A stretch of 64,000 nt of DNA, taken from contig NC_043006.1 of the NCBI RefSeq assembly GCF_006345805.1, forward strand, positions 34,286,001 to 34,350,000. The letters are read 5' to 3'. This stretch comes from Octopus sinensis (taxonomy: Eukaryota). How positions within the stretch are numbered: position 1 is the first letter of the stretch; each line of letters starts with the position of its first letter. Under the pieces are notes generated by a model. It was given only the letters and a program-made list of their open reading frames with translations. It made no database searches and was not told where the DNA came from. Made by a program: the position numbers and the translations under genes. Of the stretch, positions 61,193-64,000 are shown one piece after another.

Positions 61193-64000
61193 TTATTATT
61201 ATTATTATTATGCTGGTGGTGACAACAAGTGTTGTTAATGTCGTTATTATTTCCAGATGTGCTTTCGCTGAAAGCACATCTGTATTGTATGATAGTGACA
61301 CTTATTTACAACAATTGTGCCCCACATGTGTGTGTGTGTATATAGACTCTATGCGCTCTTCCTGCAGCATTAGGGGTATTTTAACTCTTATTTCTAGCAA
61401 TGTAGGTGCTCCAGCATCCTAAGCTGAGCAAAACCGCAGTTGTGGAGGATACCAGTGTCACACAAATTGGCACCTGTACCGGTGGCACGTAAACACACCC
61501 TGGTGTCACGCAAATAGCACCCATGCCGGTGACATGTAAAAGCATGCTCGGAGTGGTTGGCATTAGGAAGGGCATCCAGCTGTAGAAAACCATGCCAAAT
61601 CAGACTGGAATCTAGTGCAGCCTTCCAGCATGCCAGCCTTGGTCAAACCGCCCAGCATGAACAACAGATATTAAATAATAATGATGATGGTATCACATAG
61701 TGCCTCACTGTTTATTTTAATTTTTAGTATATATATATTTCTTCTATTACCCATAGGGGGCTAAACATAGAGGGGACAAACAAGGACAGAGAAAGGGATT
61801 AAGATAATTACATTGACCCCAGTGCGTAACTGGTACTTATTTAATTGACCCCGATTGGTTGAAAGGTTAACTTGGCCTCCGCGGAAACTGAACTCAGAAT
61901 GTAACGACAGATGAAATACGCGGAGAATTTTGCCTGGTGTGCTAATGTTTCTGCCAGCTCGCCACCTTAATATATATATATACACACACATAGATAAGTT
62001 TATGCATGTGTGTATGTCATAAGAATTTTATAAATTTTTGAAAGAACGTGAACTAATTCTTTTCTGAGATAGTTGGAATATCTCAAAGCACGCACATAAC
62101 ATAAATAATAACATATGAATTGTGGGGTTTTCAACCCATTATTTATAGTTTTAAGTGTGCACTTTGAGATATTCCAATACATGTGTGTGTGTGTGTGTGT
62201 GCTATCAAACTAAGAATGGAACCTGAAGCAGTAATACTGTTACACAAAAATGTTTGGCTCATTGCAACTGGTAGAGGTTAAAAGAATGAAGGCATGCAAG
62301 ATATGAATACATACATATATACATACATACATAGATATAGATATATATAGAAAATCCTGGAGGGTTTAGCATCAAATTTTGAGAGTGAAAGCTGTACCAA
62401 TCCACTAAGAAAATGTCATCGCAGAATATCACAGGTCCCACCCACCCCATCAAGAATCAGATATGAATAATGTAACAGTTTAGGGCTCAATGACCTACAT
62501 TTCTTCAATGCCTAGCTAAAAATCTTAAGAAAGCTACACAGAGTAGATGTACGAGTTTTTAAGAAACCCTTGTGCATCTCTTTATATGAGTTCCCAGTTG
62601 GACCAACACCGTGGCAAGAAACAAAACTAAGGGCAGCAATTATGTGATGTCAAGATAGGGAGACATAAACATACACACCACCCATATGTGTGTGTGCCAC
62701 ACAGTAGGACTGAATCTGAAACCAAGTGGTTGGGAAGCAAACTTCTTAACCAACAGCCACATCGGCACTAATATATATATATACATATTATCCACACATG
62801 TGGCACTATAAAATACAGCCAGTACAAACTGTTTAGTTGTTGATGATATGAAAAACATCCAGTGATATAAAAAAATTTTAAAAACCATTCCACATGAAAG
62901 AACAGAAGTGAGAGAGGAGAATCCTTGGTTTCGTTACACCAATCCTTCTATGCAGATGGTCCAAGCTGTGAAATAGTGTTGGGTGTAAAACAAAGATGGT
63001 TATATCAAATATGAAGCTGAAGGCAATAATCCAGACGGAACATGACCAAATCCTCTTGAAGAACCTCAACTACAGAACAAACATAGAAAATAACAATGGC
63101 TGAAGTGAATCATTATCATCATCGTTTAATGTCTGCTTTCCATGCTAGCATAGGTTGGACGATTTGACTGAGGACTGGTGAACCAGATGGCTGCACCAGG
63201 CTCCAATCTGATCTGGCACAGTTTCTACAGCTTGATGCCCTTCCAAATGCCAACCACTCCAAGAGTGGTGGAAGAGGGAAAGGCCAGCAATGTGGCTCAG
63301 AAGGCACCATTCTGTATTGACGACAGTCCAATTCTATCATGTTATACTACCTATATCTATGTGCCAAAGATGGTGGTCTTGAAACCAAAGCGAGAGTCAC
63401 TCTGGTATTTCTTCCTGTTAATAGTTCTTCAACAGGGAAAAATGGAAATTCTCAGACATGAGAAACAACCTCAGCTGCCATTGATAATATCAAACAAACT
63501 AGAGGCTATCTCTATTGATCTAGCTAACTACAGAGCTAAACTGGTACTTAGTTAAATCTGTCCTACTGAAAGATGCCATCTGGAGAGTCATCAAGCATTA
63601 GTGGGTGGGGGTGAGGGAGAGAAATAAAAGACAATGCCAATAATAACAAATTAAATTTTGTCAATATGTCAAGGGACGAAAGACAAAAAAACAAAACAAA
63701 ACTCGATGTTATAAGGTAAAACTCCCCCCTCCCCCATGCCCCTGGGTTAACAATAATAAATACATGTCACTGAGTACATTGTTAAAAAAGCAATTACATA
63801 ATATAAACATATACAGATGTCAGCTGACCATGTTGAAGTTGTACTTATTTACCTGTCTTTGGAGTTTGTCTCTGTTTATTGGTTGTTAGTCATACATGAA
63901 GCCTCAAGTCAGTTGAAAAGTTGACACAATGTTGTTATAAAGCCACACTCAAGTCCTTGGTGTTATGACTTGAGGTTTTCAAACTCTGAAATGTTGTGTA

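Noticed and set aside
62880-63110. Coding-like plus-strand stretch (EVREENPWFRYTNPSMQMVQAVK*CWV*NKDGYIKYEAEG)
   Set aside because: Several stops and no family I can assign; probably an old transposon remnant.

Overview
AT-rich, microsatellite- and SINE-dense eukaryotic genomic DNA. The repeat content points to a coleoid cephalopod, probably Octopus (inference, not searched). The window holds the 5' half of one minus-strand gene, a NOSTRIN-family F-BAR protein. Four constitutive exons (8643-8728, 2379-2459, 2106-2168, 870-951) splice in frame to GVNGFEELRKIVKQGAEFAKDVANIMQERADLETTYAKGLSRLSTKIMKLSSNSSGSLCEGWKATSVEMECESDFHKHLSRALWEEISKPLKTWVETQQKTRRP, and the gene continues off the left edge. 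At least three candidate alternative first coding exons, each ending in a phase-0 GT donor, are spread over about 45 kb (53670-54263, 41842-41877, 21589-21693), with two weaker candidates. The rest is intron or upstream DNA containing tRNA-derived SINEs, hAT-like and TTAA MITEs, non-autonomous Helitrons, RTE and Penelope remnants, and microsatellites. The most unusual non-coding structure is a repeat present three times as inverted arm pairs. It joins a tRNA-like Pol III head to a Penelope-type minimal hammerhead ribozyme, and one copy is fused to a Penelope ORF fragment. Almost all ORFs in the supplied track are repeat or microsatellite artefacts. Repeat boundaries are approximate and no database searches were run.
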